Origin: Naegleria gruberi
Taxonomy: Eukaryota
NCBI GenBank assembly: GCA_000004985.1
Contig: GG738855.1
Direction: 5' to 3' (one strand)
Length of the DNA: 64,000 nt
Shown here: positions 1-9,892 of the stretch, piece after piece
Layout of the letters: every line of letters starts with the position of its first letter
Numbering within the stretch: the stretch's first letter is position 1
The notes under the pieces: generated by a model
The model's input: only the letters and a program-made list of their open reading frames with translations
The model's database searches: none
Told to the model about the DNA's origin: nothing
Made by a program: the position numbers and the translations under genes

Positions 1-3000
1 TATTTGTGACGGTGAGGGTTGTGGATTAGTTGAGGTGTAAGTAATAAAAGAAATGGTTCTCCGAACTGTTTCGATCAGAGTAACATTTCTTGCAAATTGT
101 GAACATTTACAATAATAGTTATTATTATTCACTGTTTCAATTAGGCATGAATCAACAGCACTATGGCACTCAATGTGTGATGATACTGTTTCATTCTTTC
201 TTGTAGTTGAATTAATGAAAGTAGTAATAGTATGGGAGAGTGTTGTATTTTCAAAGTTGAATGAATAGGAAATAATTTTCTCATTTACAGAAGATTGTTG
301 ATAGTAATTTTCACAAGATACCATAAATGGTAAACTTCTTATCGTTGTTTGCACTTCAGTATTATTATTAACTTTTTCATAATTTTCTATTTCATTATAT
401 TTTGTATTATACTTTATAATTCTATTAAATATTTGTTGTCTAGTATTACCAAAATATTTAATCATTTGTTTTGGATATTTAACAAAGTTATTTTCAGAAT
501 AATAAATTATTGAATTTGAAAATTCGGAAGGATACATTCTTGCAGAAAGGATTGAGTAAAAATTTGTGAGACTCATTATTTGAAAATGATTCTTCAAATT
601 AATTATATTCAAATTAGTACTAATTTCAATAATTTCTTCCCAATTATCTAATTTCTTTCCATTATTTAATGAAATTCGACTGTTAATCATCATTTCTAAT
701 ATGTTATTCATTATTTTTCCCAATTGATCTGCTAATTCCAAATAAGTTAATTTTAATATTTCTGTAATTCGGGTTTTAAATAATAAATATACAGAATTGT
801 ACATTTCCTCATTAATTTCATCATAATTTTCAAAGAGATGATAAATAAAAGCCATTTCAAATGATAATTGATTTCCATTCATTTGGAATTCATTTCTATC
901 CAACATTTCCTCAATTAGTAATTTAGAAGAATTCCATTTTTCACTTGAGACTTGAATCCATTCATTAAAACTCATACTACAATCACTCTTTTTGAATCCA
1001 TTTACGCATACACATGAGACAGTTTCTTCATTATAACTAGCTCCATTCGCACACATACCTCTTATAGCTCTTTTAGATCCTGAAATTTTCTTAACCATTG
1101 CTTCAGAAGTAATTGTACTGTAGCTGTAAACTATCTTTTTAGGATCGTTGGAAGAAAGGGTTTTATAAATGGCATCCCAAGAAGATTTCTTCTTTTTCAC
1201 GTCAGCGATGGTAGATGCTGGAGGAAGTAATAATGCTCTATTTAAGGTAACTTCTGATTTGGCGCCAGTTTGAATATTCTTATTTGAAATGTACAGTGTT
1301 ACGGTCTCATCATTGCCTGTATATGGCAGGGGTGTTTTAATGATTAAATTTCTTGTCTCTAAAAGTTGAATTTTCAAATTAGTTTTGAGATCTAAAAAAC
1401 TTAATTGTAAAATTTCAGTACTTGATTGTAGACAGCTTGAACATGAGATTGTAAATACTGTATCAATGGCGTATCCAATTGAAGGTGTTATTGAACATAC
1501 ACAAGATGTGGGATTATCTGCAATCTTGAATTCGTAATTATAAATAGCAAAACTATTTACAGATCTAATTGCCATAAATGTGATTACATGTGATGTTGTT
1601 GTAGAGAGTGTGGAAAGGTCTAATAATATTTTGTTCGCATTGACAATATCAGATCCTGGTAATAATATGGAAGATGGTATTGTTTTGTTATCTATTTTCC
1701 ATTCTCTGACCATTAAATAATTAACGTCTTCAGCTTGATTATCTAATTCAACAAGTAGTTGAATTTGTAATATATCTGATGATATAAATACTGTTTTTTG
1801 CGGGTACATTGATAAAACTGTAATGATTGGTACGCTTTCTTGAATTGGAAAGTTAATCAGTATATTTCCAGTCCTATTATTTATGGCTAATCTTAATTCA
1901 ATTGATTCATGAGTTGAAGTTATTGTAAAATTATGTAATTTCATCAGAGCACTGGTATTTAATTGTTTAGTTAAAGATTCATCACATAGATTTTTACCAT
2001 TAAGACAATTCCATTTCCATTCATACTTATCAATTAAATTACTTTTATCCATTGGATCAGTTTCTATATTAATCATAACTTGATTTGATGTCAATGATGA
2101 TTGTAAAAGTATGATATTATAATCTTCATCAGTAGTTATTATTTTAATTTGCTTTGTTGAAGTAAAATTATTAAAATTCAATTTCAATTCGAATACATAT
2201 TCTCCTTTCAATAAATTATTTGATTGAATTAGTAAATCGTAATTTGATAGTGTTTCAACATTTAGAGTGTATCCTAGGATTTGTTTCCATTCTATATCAA
2301 ACTTTGAAATATCGTCTTCATGACATTCATTAAACGTTATATATTTTGAAATGTAGCGAGGTAATCTTTCCATATTTGTGTAAATCGTTTCAGAGTTTGA
2401 TATTTCTAAAATGGGAATACATGTTAATATTTCACATTCAATTCCACTCACAATATAATTCCCAATAGTAGTATTACATTTACAGTTATCGGTTGATTCA
2501 CAAATTCCTCTTCCTGAACAAACAGTTGAGATATTTGAAATCCCAAAGCAATTAACTTTCTCTTCTTTAAATTCACATCTGTTTCCATAAAATCCTTCTC
2601 TACATTGACATTTATCGAAACCAGTACATATTCCTCCTCCAGAGCAAACATTTGAATCGTTCTGAGAAATTCCAAAACACATCAAAAATTCACATACAGA
2701 TCCCGAATGCAAATCAAGATAACACTCGCATAAATCTGGAGCAATACATAGGCCATTGGATGAGCATGATGATTCGTTTAGATAATGAACTCCAAAGCAC
2801 TCGAATTCCTCACAAGATTCTCCATAGTAACCATCCAAACATTCACATTCAGACGAATTTTGAGGATTGATGAGGGAATTGCTTGGGCATTCCTTTGATA
2901 TCTTTTTAATGGTTATTTCGTTATTCGTATCAATGAAATAAACATCATCACCAACTGATTTCATAAATGTTGGTGAAACACTATTGAAAAAATTGGTTCC

Positions 3001-5949
3001 AAGAGCAACTGTTGTTATGTTACCAGATTTAGAATCCACTTTTCTAATTCTGTCATACCCATCTGAAATGAAAATATCCCCATTCGATACCATCACTGCA
3101 CTTATTGGCATATTTAACTTAGCTTTAGTTGCTGGACCATCGTCACCACTATTGCCTGCTTCTCCATTTCCAGCAATAGCTGAAACATTCCCATACCTAT
3201 CAATGATATAGATAGTACAACCAACAGAATCTGTTACGAGATAATTCTCTCCGTTAACAATAACCATGTCTGATACTCCAGAAAAATCAAAATCCAAAGA
3301 ATTTTTCTCTTTCGCAGAGTTTAGTCCAAGCATTGTGCTTCCTGCGAATTGATGAATGATTTGATTCTTATCAATTCTTCTAATATCCCATCTTTCTGTT
3401 ACAAATACATCTCGATTCTTATCTATTTCAATAGTTTCAATATAAATGGAGCTATTTAAAGCCAACCCTTCATTTCCAATTCCACCTGCAATGGTTGTAA
3501 TGATTCCAGTATTGATATCAATTTTTCTTATTCTTTTCAATTCAGAAATTAGTAAGTCACCATTAGGTTGTACATTTAAATCCATTGGCACATCAAGACA
3601 TGCATTAATTGCCAATTTTCCATCTCCTTTATATCCGTTCTGTCCACAACCAGCTACATGATAAATCTTTTCTCCAATTTTAAACTTTCTCACAGCAGGA
3701 TACCCACTGTCAATGAAATAAATTGTATCATTAAATATTGCTATGGAAGTTGGTCCATTCATCTGGGCCTTAGTTGCTAAACCTCCATCACCTGAATGGC
3801 CAAATTTTCCTGTTCCTGCTATTGTTGTAATGTTACCAGAAATGGGATCGACTGATCTTATTCTGTGATTTTTGGTGTCAGCAATTAATAGAGAATTGTT
3901 TTTTGTTATTTTGATGCCAACTGGTAAATTAAGCCAAGTAGAATTGGCTGGTACATTATCTTTCTTAAAACCAGCTGAATTGTAAACCCCAGCATAATTT
4001 GTCACATTCCCAATTCTATTATCTATAAAAATGGTATCTATTTTATAGATAATAGAATTAGAAGTAGATAATACGTAGATAAAATTACCATCACTTGAAA
4101 TTGTGATGTAAGTTGGGTTTGGAATTGAAACCAACGTTGAAACAATTCCACTCAATGAATTAACCTTTCTAATCTTGTTATTAGATAATTCACAAATAAA
4201 GAAATCTCCATTAATTGGAGAAACTTCCATCTTGTACACTCCTTTAAATGAAGTATTCGATCGATGATATCCATCTGGAGTAATAGTACCATCTTTTCCA
4301 GAAAAGAGTGTAATTATTCCATTAGTATCAATTTTTCTTATTGATGATAATGTTGGATAGTACGCATAATCACTAATTTGAGTTACATAAATATCACCCG
4401 TTGAATGGTCAACTGTTAATCCGTTTGCATTTGGTAAGAGTGAAATATTGGCGTAATAGTCATTTCCAGAAAATACATTCCTAGTTCCAGCAATTGTTGT
4501 CAACTGAGTAAAATTGTTCGTAATCTTTCTCAAATAGTAGTTGGTATCACAAAAATACAAGTTGTCTGCGCCACCATTATACACACATGCAGGTGAAACT
4601 CTCGTTTCAGAAGTGATTAAACCATCTTGAGAATAACCATCAACTCCAACCTGACCAACTATGGTAGAAATGATACCACTCGAATCAATATATCTGAGCG
4701 CCTTGTCGTCAGACAGCAACATGGTATTATTGTGTATTGAAATCGATCTCACATGCTTAAAACTTGCTAATTTTGCGTTCAATCCATCTCCTGAATAGGA
4801 TCCCAAGTTTTTAAATACAGTGCTGACAATACCATTGGTATCTATTTTTCTTATTAAAGTGCCATACCTATCAATGATATAAATCTCATCAGTATCCTCA
4901 TTGACATGTACATAAACAGGATAATTAAATTCAGCCAAAAGTGCATAGTTTCCATCCCCAGAATTTCCAGGTGTTCCAATACCTCCCAAAGTGGAAATCA
5001 TAGCAGTGTCATGATAAATTATTCTAATTCTATTATTATTGGTATCAGCAAATATGAAATCATTTTTAGAATTAAATCTTCCATGTGTAGGTGAGTTCAG
5101 CAGTGCATTAATTGCCAATCCCCCATCTCCACCATATCCAAGAGTTCTATTTCCTGCTATTGTTACAATTATTCCATTAGTTAGTATCTTTCTAATTCGG
5201 TTGTTGGAATTGTCCAAAATGAATATTTCACCACTGCTCGAAATTGCAACTCCTTTTGGTGAATATAATTTTGCATTAATAGCCAATTCACCATCTCCTA
5301 TAAAACCATTTGAAATTGATCCAGCAACCGTGATAAGTGTTCCATTAGTCAATATTTTTCTAATTCTATTGTCGTTTGTGAAATATAAATCCCCTTCTTT
5401 GGAAAATATCAAGTCACCATCAGATTTAATAGATACATCAACTGCCAATCCATCCCCAGTTGATCCACCAGATGGTTTTCCAGCAATAACCTTAACCCGT
5501 CCATTAGTAGTTATCTTTTTGATTTGATTACTATCAAAAAAGAACAATTCTCCACTAATTGGATGTCTGGCTATACATTTAGGAGATGATAATGCTGTTT
5601 GAATTGCAATTGATGAAGTTGGATCATATTTGAGAGAGGCAGAATTGACTCCAGCAATGCTCTTGATACTATTTTTCTTTTTATCAAACATTCTAATCAT
5701 TTTGGTATCGGATATGAATATTTTCTCACCAGCTGTGATAATTGAGATGGGACTTTTCACTCCAATCATAACTCCTTCAGCATATTGATTACCTCCAGCC
5801 ACTTTTTTTATTAAGGTTGGTATCGGAAATGCCTCAATTAACACCCCTTTCTCACATGGTGATTGTAAGAGTAATAAAAGAATGGGAAGAAGAACAATTA
5901 GTACTGCCTTGTGCATGTGGAGGAAAATCTTTGCAACCAATCTTGACAT
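1..5949 (-). CDS. Large secreted NHL-repeat / EGF-like cysteine-rich protein. Partial: N-terminal ~1,980 aa lie in the window and the ORF runs off the left edge.
   Basis: By hand reverse-complement reading, the minus-strand frame from the ATG near 5949 to position 1 is continuously open; plus-strand ORFs here are short antisense artefacts. The N-terminus is signal-peptide-like (MSRLVAKIFLHMHKAVLIVLLPILLLL). There are more than 20 NHL-type repeats (GxxGDGGLAxxAxLNxPxGIA, DxxNxRIRKI), then four or more Cys-rich EGF-like modules (CxCxxGYYGxxCE, CxGxGxCxxxxxCxCxxGFYGNRCE), then a long Asn-rich C-terminal region with many N-x-S/T sites. Confidence 0.7.
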   Translation of the reverse strand, partial: MSRLVAKIFLHMHKAVLIVLLPILLLLLQSPCEKGVLIEAFPIPTLIKKVAGGNQYAEGVMIGVKSPISIITAGEKIFISDTKMIRMFDKKKNSIKSIAGVNSASLKYDPTSSIAIQTALSSPKCIARHPISGELFFFDSNQIKKITTNGRVKVIAGKPSGGSTGDGLAVDVSIKSDGDLIFSKEGDLYFTNDNRIRKILTNGTLITVAGSISNGFIGDGELAINAKLYSPKGVAISSSGEIFILDNSNNRIRKILTNGIIVTIAGNRTLGYGGDGGLAINALLNSPTHGRFNSKNDFIFADTNNNRIRIIYHDTAMISTLGGIGTPGNSGDGNYALLAEFNYPVYVHVNEDTDEIYIIDRYGTLIRKIDTNGIVSTVFKNLGSYSGDGLNAKLASFKHVRSISIHNNTMLLSDDKALRYIDSSGIISTIVGQVGVDGYSQDGLITSETRVSPACVYNGGADNLYFCDTNYYLRKITNNFTQLTTIAGTRNVFSGNDYYANISLLPNANGLTVDHSTGDIYVTQISDYAYYPTLSSIRKIDTNGIITLFSGKDGTITPDGYHRSNTSFKGVYKMEVSPINGDFFICELSNNKIRKVNSLSGIVSTLVSIPNPTYITISSDGNFIYVLSTSNSIIYKIDTIFIDNRIGNVTNYAGVYNSAGFKKDNVPANSTWLNLPVGIKITKNNSLLIADTKNHRIRSVDPISGNITTIAGTGKFGHSGDGGLATKAQMNGPTSIAIFNDTIYFIDSGYPAVRKFKIGEKIYHVAGCGQNGYKGDGKLAINACLDVPMDLNVQPNGDLLISELKRIRKIDINTGIITTIAGGIGNEGLALNSSIYIETIEIDKNRDVFVTERWDIRRIDKNQIIHQFAGSTMLGLNSAKEKNSLDFDFSGVSDMVIVNGENYLVTDSVGCTIYIIDRYGNVSAIAGNGEAGNSGDDGPATKAKLNMPISAVMVSNGDIFISDGYDRIRKVDSKSGNITTVALGTNFFNSVSPTFMKSVGDDVYFIDTNNEITIKKISKECPSNSLINPQNSSECECLDGYYGESCEEFECFGVHYLNESSCSSNGLCIAPDLCECYLDLHSGSVCEFLMCFGISQNDSNVCSGGGICTGFDKCQCREGFYGNRCEFKEEKVNCFGISNISTVCSGRGICESTDNCKCNTTIGNYIVSGIECEILTCIPILEISNSETIYTNMERLPRYISKYITFNECHEDDISKFDIEWKQILGYTLNVETLSNYDLLIQSNNLLKGEYVFELKLNFNNFTSTKQIKIITTDEDYNIILLQSSLTSNQVMINIETDPMDKSNLIDKYEWKWNCLNGKNLCDESLTKQLNTSALMKLHNFTITSTHESIELRLAINNRTGNILINFPIQESVPIITVLSMYPQKTVFISSDILQIQLLVELDNQAEDVNYLMVREWKIDNKTIPSSILLPGSDIVNANKILLDLSTLSTTTSHVITFMAIRSVNSFAIYNYEFKIADNPTSCVCSITPSIGYAIDTVFTISCSSCLQSSTEILQLSFLDLKTNLKIQLLETRNLIIKTPLPYTGNDETVTLYISNKNIQTGAKSEVTLNRALLLPPASTIADVKKKKSSWDAIYKTLSSNDPKKIVYSYSTITSEAMVKKISGSKRAIRGMCANGASYNEETVSCVCVNGFKKSDCSMSFNEWIQVSSEKWNSSKLLIEEMLDRNEFQMNGNQLSFEMAFIYHLFENYDEINEEMYNSVYLLFKTRITEILKLTYLELADQLGKIMNNILEMMINSRISLNNGKKLDNWEEIIEISTNLNIINLKNHFQIMSLTNFYSILSARMYPSEFSNSIIYYSENNFVKYPKQMIKYFGNTRQQIFNRIIKYNTKYNEIENYEKVNNNTEVQTTIRSLPFMVSCENYYQQSSVNEKIISYSFNFENTTLSHTITTFINSTTRKNETVSSHIECHSAVDSCLIETVNNNNYYCKCSQFARNVTLIETVRRTISFITYTSTNPQPSPSQI

Positions 5950-6196
5950 TTTTTTTTCGCATGAACTTTGATCCAAATAAGGAAAGCGTAAAATCTGATT
6001 AATTAACTCTAAAGTTTCGTTTTTTCATTTTAATAAGAATCTTCAAGGGAGATTTCGATTACTCCAACATCAATGTAGTTGCTCAACTCTAAATTAATTG
6101 TAATTTGATTGTCTGCACTCGGATCCACAATATTTTTCGGATAATCTTCAAAGTCCTTAACGTACTCGTAAGCTAATCGTAAATACTCTGAAACGT

Positions 6197-7744
6197 TCAC
6201 TGTGAGAATTGAATCCCAATTAATAACTCCTCCTCTGGTGCATTTGTTGATTCTGTTGCTGCAGTGAGATTACTAATGGGATTTTCCTCATTTGGCAAGT
6301 TGGTAGCTAGTGTAATATTTTCATTGTTAGGTTCGTTAATGGATTGGTTGACTTCTGAATCATCTTCCTTTTTTTGCTTATTTGCGGAAGATTTATCATT
6401 ATTCTTTCTCTTCTTATGGAGTCTGGTTTTGAGATGCTTTTTGTATTCTGTGTAGCCAACATGAGTACTTCCACATTTTTCACAGAGATATGTTTTGGAT
6501 TCATCTCCAGGATGGTTTGGATTCTTCTCGTATGGTTTTTCAACACAATAGTTATCTTTCAAGTGTTGAGGGATTTCTTGGCCACCCAAAAAGTGTGTGG
6601 TAATTTCTTGAGCACTTTGAATAATATCAGTGGGTGATGAGGCAGAAATGTCAAACTTGAACAATTTACCACTAGAGACGAGAGGCAATTTAGCACTTGC
6701 CCAAGAGGATCTATACCATGTTTCTTGCTTCTTGGCATACTTAAATGTACTGTTAATGAGAGCTTCTAAACATTGCTTTTTGAGAGCTTGCTTTTTCTTA
6801 ACAATAGCCTCATCAGAGGTGTTTACATCCTCCAAATCATTAATTTCCTCCAGATATTTTAGATAGGGTAAAAATTCCTTATATCCAATTGATTGTAGTA
6901 CACCATGCTCAAACGACAAGCTCAGTGACTCCTTATTGTCGATTAAATATTTGTGATATTTAACAACTTCGTCTAACAGACCATTATCCATCATTTGAAC
7001 AGCTCTGTCCTCGATTCTCTTTCTCAGAACTCCTCGATTATCACATGCAAGATAAAAGAATAGGCAGTCATATTTAAGCGTTCTCTGCTTGTCTTGCTTG
7101 GATTCTAATACTTCAGTAAAAACCTGTTGATTATTTTCAAAGAGTAGAATTCTCTTTTTAATCTTTCTAATATCATTAGGATGGATTAACTTGGCAGATT
7201 CTGGATCTATTTCCTTCAATCTTTCATACGTATAATTTTTCATATCTTCTTCATCCTCTTTGGTTTCATTGTACTGTCCACCATTACTATCCTCTGCCTT
7301 TCCAATCAAGTACTGGTCAAAAATCACCGATTGTATATAATAATTAGTTCCTCCACAAATAATAGGAACATTTCCCTTCAAGAATAATTCATTTTCAAAT
7401 AACTCATGACAATCCTTTTGATAATTTAAAACTGTATAAAGTTCAGATCTGTCCGAGACTACTCCTGCTTTTTCTCCAACAAAATAATGTTTAACTTGTT
7501 CCATTTCCGAAGGAGAAGGCTTGTTAGTTGTAATTGGCAGTCCTTCATAAATTTGCATCACATCTGCATTAATAATTGAAGCAGATTTCCAAAATGATAA
7601 TTGTTCCTTCTCTTTAATATATTTTGCCAAAGCAAAGGCCAATGCAGATTTTCCCACTCCTGTACTTCCAGCACAAACAATAATTTTCGGAAGTGTATTT
7701 TTGTTATTGGAGGTCACATCGATTGTAGAGTTGTCTTGTTGCAT
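6197..7744 (-). CDS. tRNA dimethylallyl(isopentenyl)transferase (MiaA/Mod5/TRIT1 family).
   Basis: 515-aa ORF starting at an ATG. P-loop GSTGVGKS near the N-terminus, the family motif ADVMQIYEGLPITTNKP, and a C-terminal matrin-type C2H2 zinc finger (CEKCGSTHVGYTEYKKHLKTRLHKKRKN) typical of eukaryotic Mod5/TRIT1. Confidence 0.85.
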   Translation of the reverse strand: MQQDNSTIDVTSNNKNTLPKIIVCAGSTGVGKSALAFALAKYIKEKEQLSFWKSASIINADVMQIYEGLPITTNKPSPSEMEQVKHYFVGEKAGVVSDRSELYTVLNYQKDCHELFENELFLKGNVPIICGGTNYYIQSVIFDQYLIGKAEDSNGGQYNETKEDEEDMKNYTYERLKEIDPESAKLIHPNDIRKIKKRILLFENNQQVFTEVLESKQDKQRTLKYDCLFFYLACDNRGVLRKRIEDRAVQMMDNGLLDEVVKYHKYLIDNKESLSLSFEHGVLQSIGYKEFLPYLKYLEEINDLEDVNTSDEAIVKKKQALKKQCLEALINSTFKYAKKQETWYRSSWASAKLPLVSSGKLFKFDISASSPTDIIQSAQEITTHFLGGQEIPQHLKDNYCVEKPYEKNPNHPGDESKTYLCEKCGSTHVGYTEYKKHLKTRLHKKRKNNDKSSANKQKKEDDSEVNQSINEPNNENITLATNLPNEENPISNLTAATESTNAPEEELLIGIQFSQ

Positions 7745-7989
7745 TTTTTCTTTTTTTTTGAAAAACTCGAATGCAATTTCAAAGTGGCCACTTTACTTCT
7801 TCAATTTGGCAAGTAAATGGATTGGCTTCCAATTTGTAGGTTGTTAACACCCTTTAAACCTTTAAACAGGTAAAAAAGGATTTTGAAATTTTTTACTTGG
7901 TTTTACTCCCCGTATGTGACAACATTACAACCCCAATTGAAATTGGACGTGAAAACTATTCAGTAAAAAAACAAGCGACACGAGAGAAT

Positions 7990-9040
7990 ATGGGTCAAGC
8001 AAGTACACAAGAAAAGGGAACCAAAAGTTCTATGATGGATGCAGATGATGATGAAATTCTCAACAATAATAACAGCAAAACAACAGCAACAACTCATCAT
8101 CCAACTACATCATCAACCACCAGTGCTACAAGCAGCAATACAGTTGGCTCTAAAAATAAGATAAATGAATCAATACAAATAGTATCAATAGAAAAGGAAA
8201 ATGAGGAGGAGTATGATTATTTAGTGAAGGTTGTTCTTGTGGGAGATTATGGAGTCGGTAGGTTTTTAATAATATTCTAAATAGTAATTTAAATTTCTAT
8301 TATTTATTGATCATTCACCTGTGAATAATCTATCGGATACAAATTATAGGTAAAACTAGTTTGGCCAAGAAAATCAGTCAAAGAGGTTTCACAACACAAC
8401 ATCAACCTACTATTGGTATTGATTTTGTTGTTTGTACTCTTATTTTGAACACCAAGGAAACTGGTAAGTTACTGTTAATAATTTATTAACGATTTTCTCA
8501 TCAAATAATATCAGTTCGTCTCCAACTTTGGGATACTGCTGGTAAGTTATATGGAAATTTATTGTAATGATTAATTTCATAAATGCAGGTCAAGGTATGT
8601 TGTCATGATAAAATGTTGTAAAATTTAAACAATTGAAATTGAAAATTTAACCAAATTTAAACCAAATTCAAATTCTTACCTTAATAGAAAAATTCAAGGC
8701 TCTTGCTAGCTCATTTTTCCGTGGGGCTGATGGTATTTTTGTTATTGCTGACATTAGCGAAAAATCATCCTTTGACAGAGTTCCAGGATTTTTGGAAGAT
8801 GGTAAAAAGAATTGTACAGATGATGTGGAATTTATTTTCATTGCATCCAAGACAGATCTTCGTAGTATTGGATCATCAACTCAAGTATTGAGCGAAGAAG
8901 ATACTAAGAGAGAATTCAGAAAGTATGATTCACAAATTCCAATAATAGAAACAAGTGCCAAAGAGGACAAGAATGTTGAAAAGGCTCTCCTAACCATCAT
9001 TCAAAGAATTTACAACAAGAAGAAGGAAGCCAAGAAATAA
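7990..9040 (+). CDS. Divergent Rab-like small GTPase. 5 exons, approximately join(7990..8257, 8350..8463, 8515..8541, 8589..8594, 8685..9040).
   Basis: The spliced product reads ...LVGDYGVGKTSLAKKISQRGFTTQHQPTIGIDFVVCTLILNTKETVRLQLWDTAGQEKFKALASSFFRGADGIFVIADISEKS...ETSAKED...KKKEAKK*. G1 GxxxxGKT is present, a Rab-type switch I TIGIDF, G3 WDTAGQE, a variant G4 SKTD, and G5 SAK. It has an Asn/Thr-rich N-terminal extension. Introns are 92, 51, 47 and 90 nt with GT..AG ends. The summed exon length is 771 nt, which is 257 codons exactly. Confidence 0.75.
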
Positions 9041-9187
9041 TGTATTTTTATATAAAGTAATAGTAATAATAACATAGTAGCTAATAGCTCAACCACAAAT
9101 TAGATCCATAATTCATTCAAATGTGTGAATTGGAGTGATTCAGCCATCATCAAATCATTCAAATAAATTATTGATTGAAAAAAAACA

Positions 9188-9670
9188 ATGCCACCAAAAC
9201 AATTCAAAAAATCATTTGCTGCACAAGGCAGACTTGAAAAAGAAAGAGAGGAAAGAAGTATCAGAGAACGTGAATCTCACGTTAAAGCTAAAACATATTT
9301 GGAACATTTAGCTGTGGATTATATTCTTAAAACTGTTGTTTTTGAAAATGTTGAACAGATACCACCACATTCCGAGATGAAGGATATTCTGTTATTGGCT
9401 TTGAAATCATCACTATCAAGACAACAAAGTGAAACCATCACAACATCAAACTCTACACCTAATACTATTTATTCCGAAATTGAAAGATACATTGATGATT
9501 ATACTGAATTTTTAACTTCAGTCTTACAGAAAGAAATTTCAAAAGCCAAGAAACCAAAACCAACCATTCAATTCGACATCAAACAAGTTAAACCATTATC
9601 CTCATCGAAAGCTAGTGAATTTTCAAACAATTTGGAAAAGTTCTCTGTTAGAAATTTAATTACCGAATAA
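9188..9670 (+). CDS. Hypothetical protein, 160 aa, Lys/Glu/Ser-rich.
   Basis: ATG-initiated ORF between the Rab-like gene and the Q-rich coiled-coil gene. I recognise no domain. Confidence 0.35.
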   Translation: MPPKQFKKSFAAQGRLEKEREERSIRERESHVKAKTYLEHLAVDYILKTVVFENVEQIPPHSEMKDILLLALKSSLSRQQSETITTSNSTPNTIYSEIERYIDDYTEFLTSVLQKEISKAKKPKPTIQFDIKQVKPLSSSKASEFSNNLEKFSVRNLITE

Positions 9671-9892
9671 TTTGTAAATAATACACAATCACAAAGACAA
9701 ACTACCAAATCCACTAATATTAATATTTTAATTGATATTAATCATATTAATATTAAAGCCTTTCTCCTTCCCCAGAATCCTTCATCATTAAATATATTTA
9801 TTATTAGTATTATTTGATGGTGACGTTGCAATGATGACGATATTAACGAAGGAACATAGAATAAATAAAAATTCATAAATCCAAACTTTGCC

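Noticed and set aside
2448-5527. Short ORFs on both strands in the first 6 kb (2448..2675 -, 2652..2870 +, 2984..3211 +, 3446..3661 +, 4906..5094 +, 5039..5527 +), some with repetitive Pro/Ser motifs.
   Set aside because: They are alternative-frame or antisense readings of the long NHL-repeat gene on the minus strand. The Pro/Ser periodicity is the mirror of the NHL repeat GDG/GxxG periodicity.
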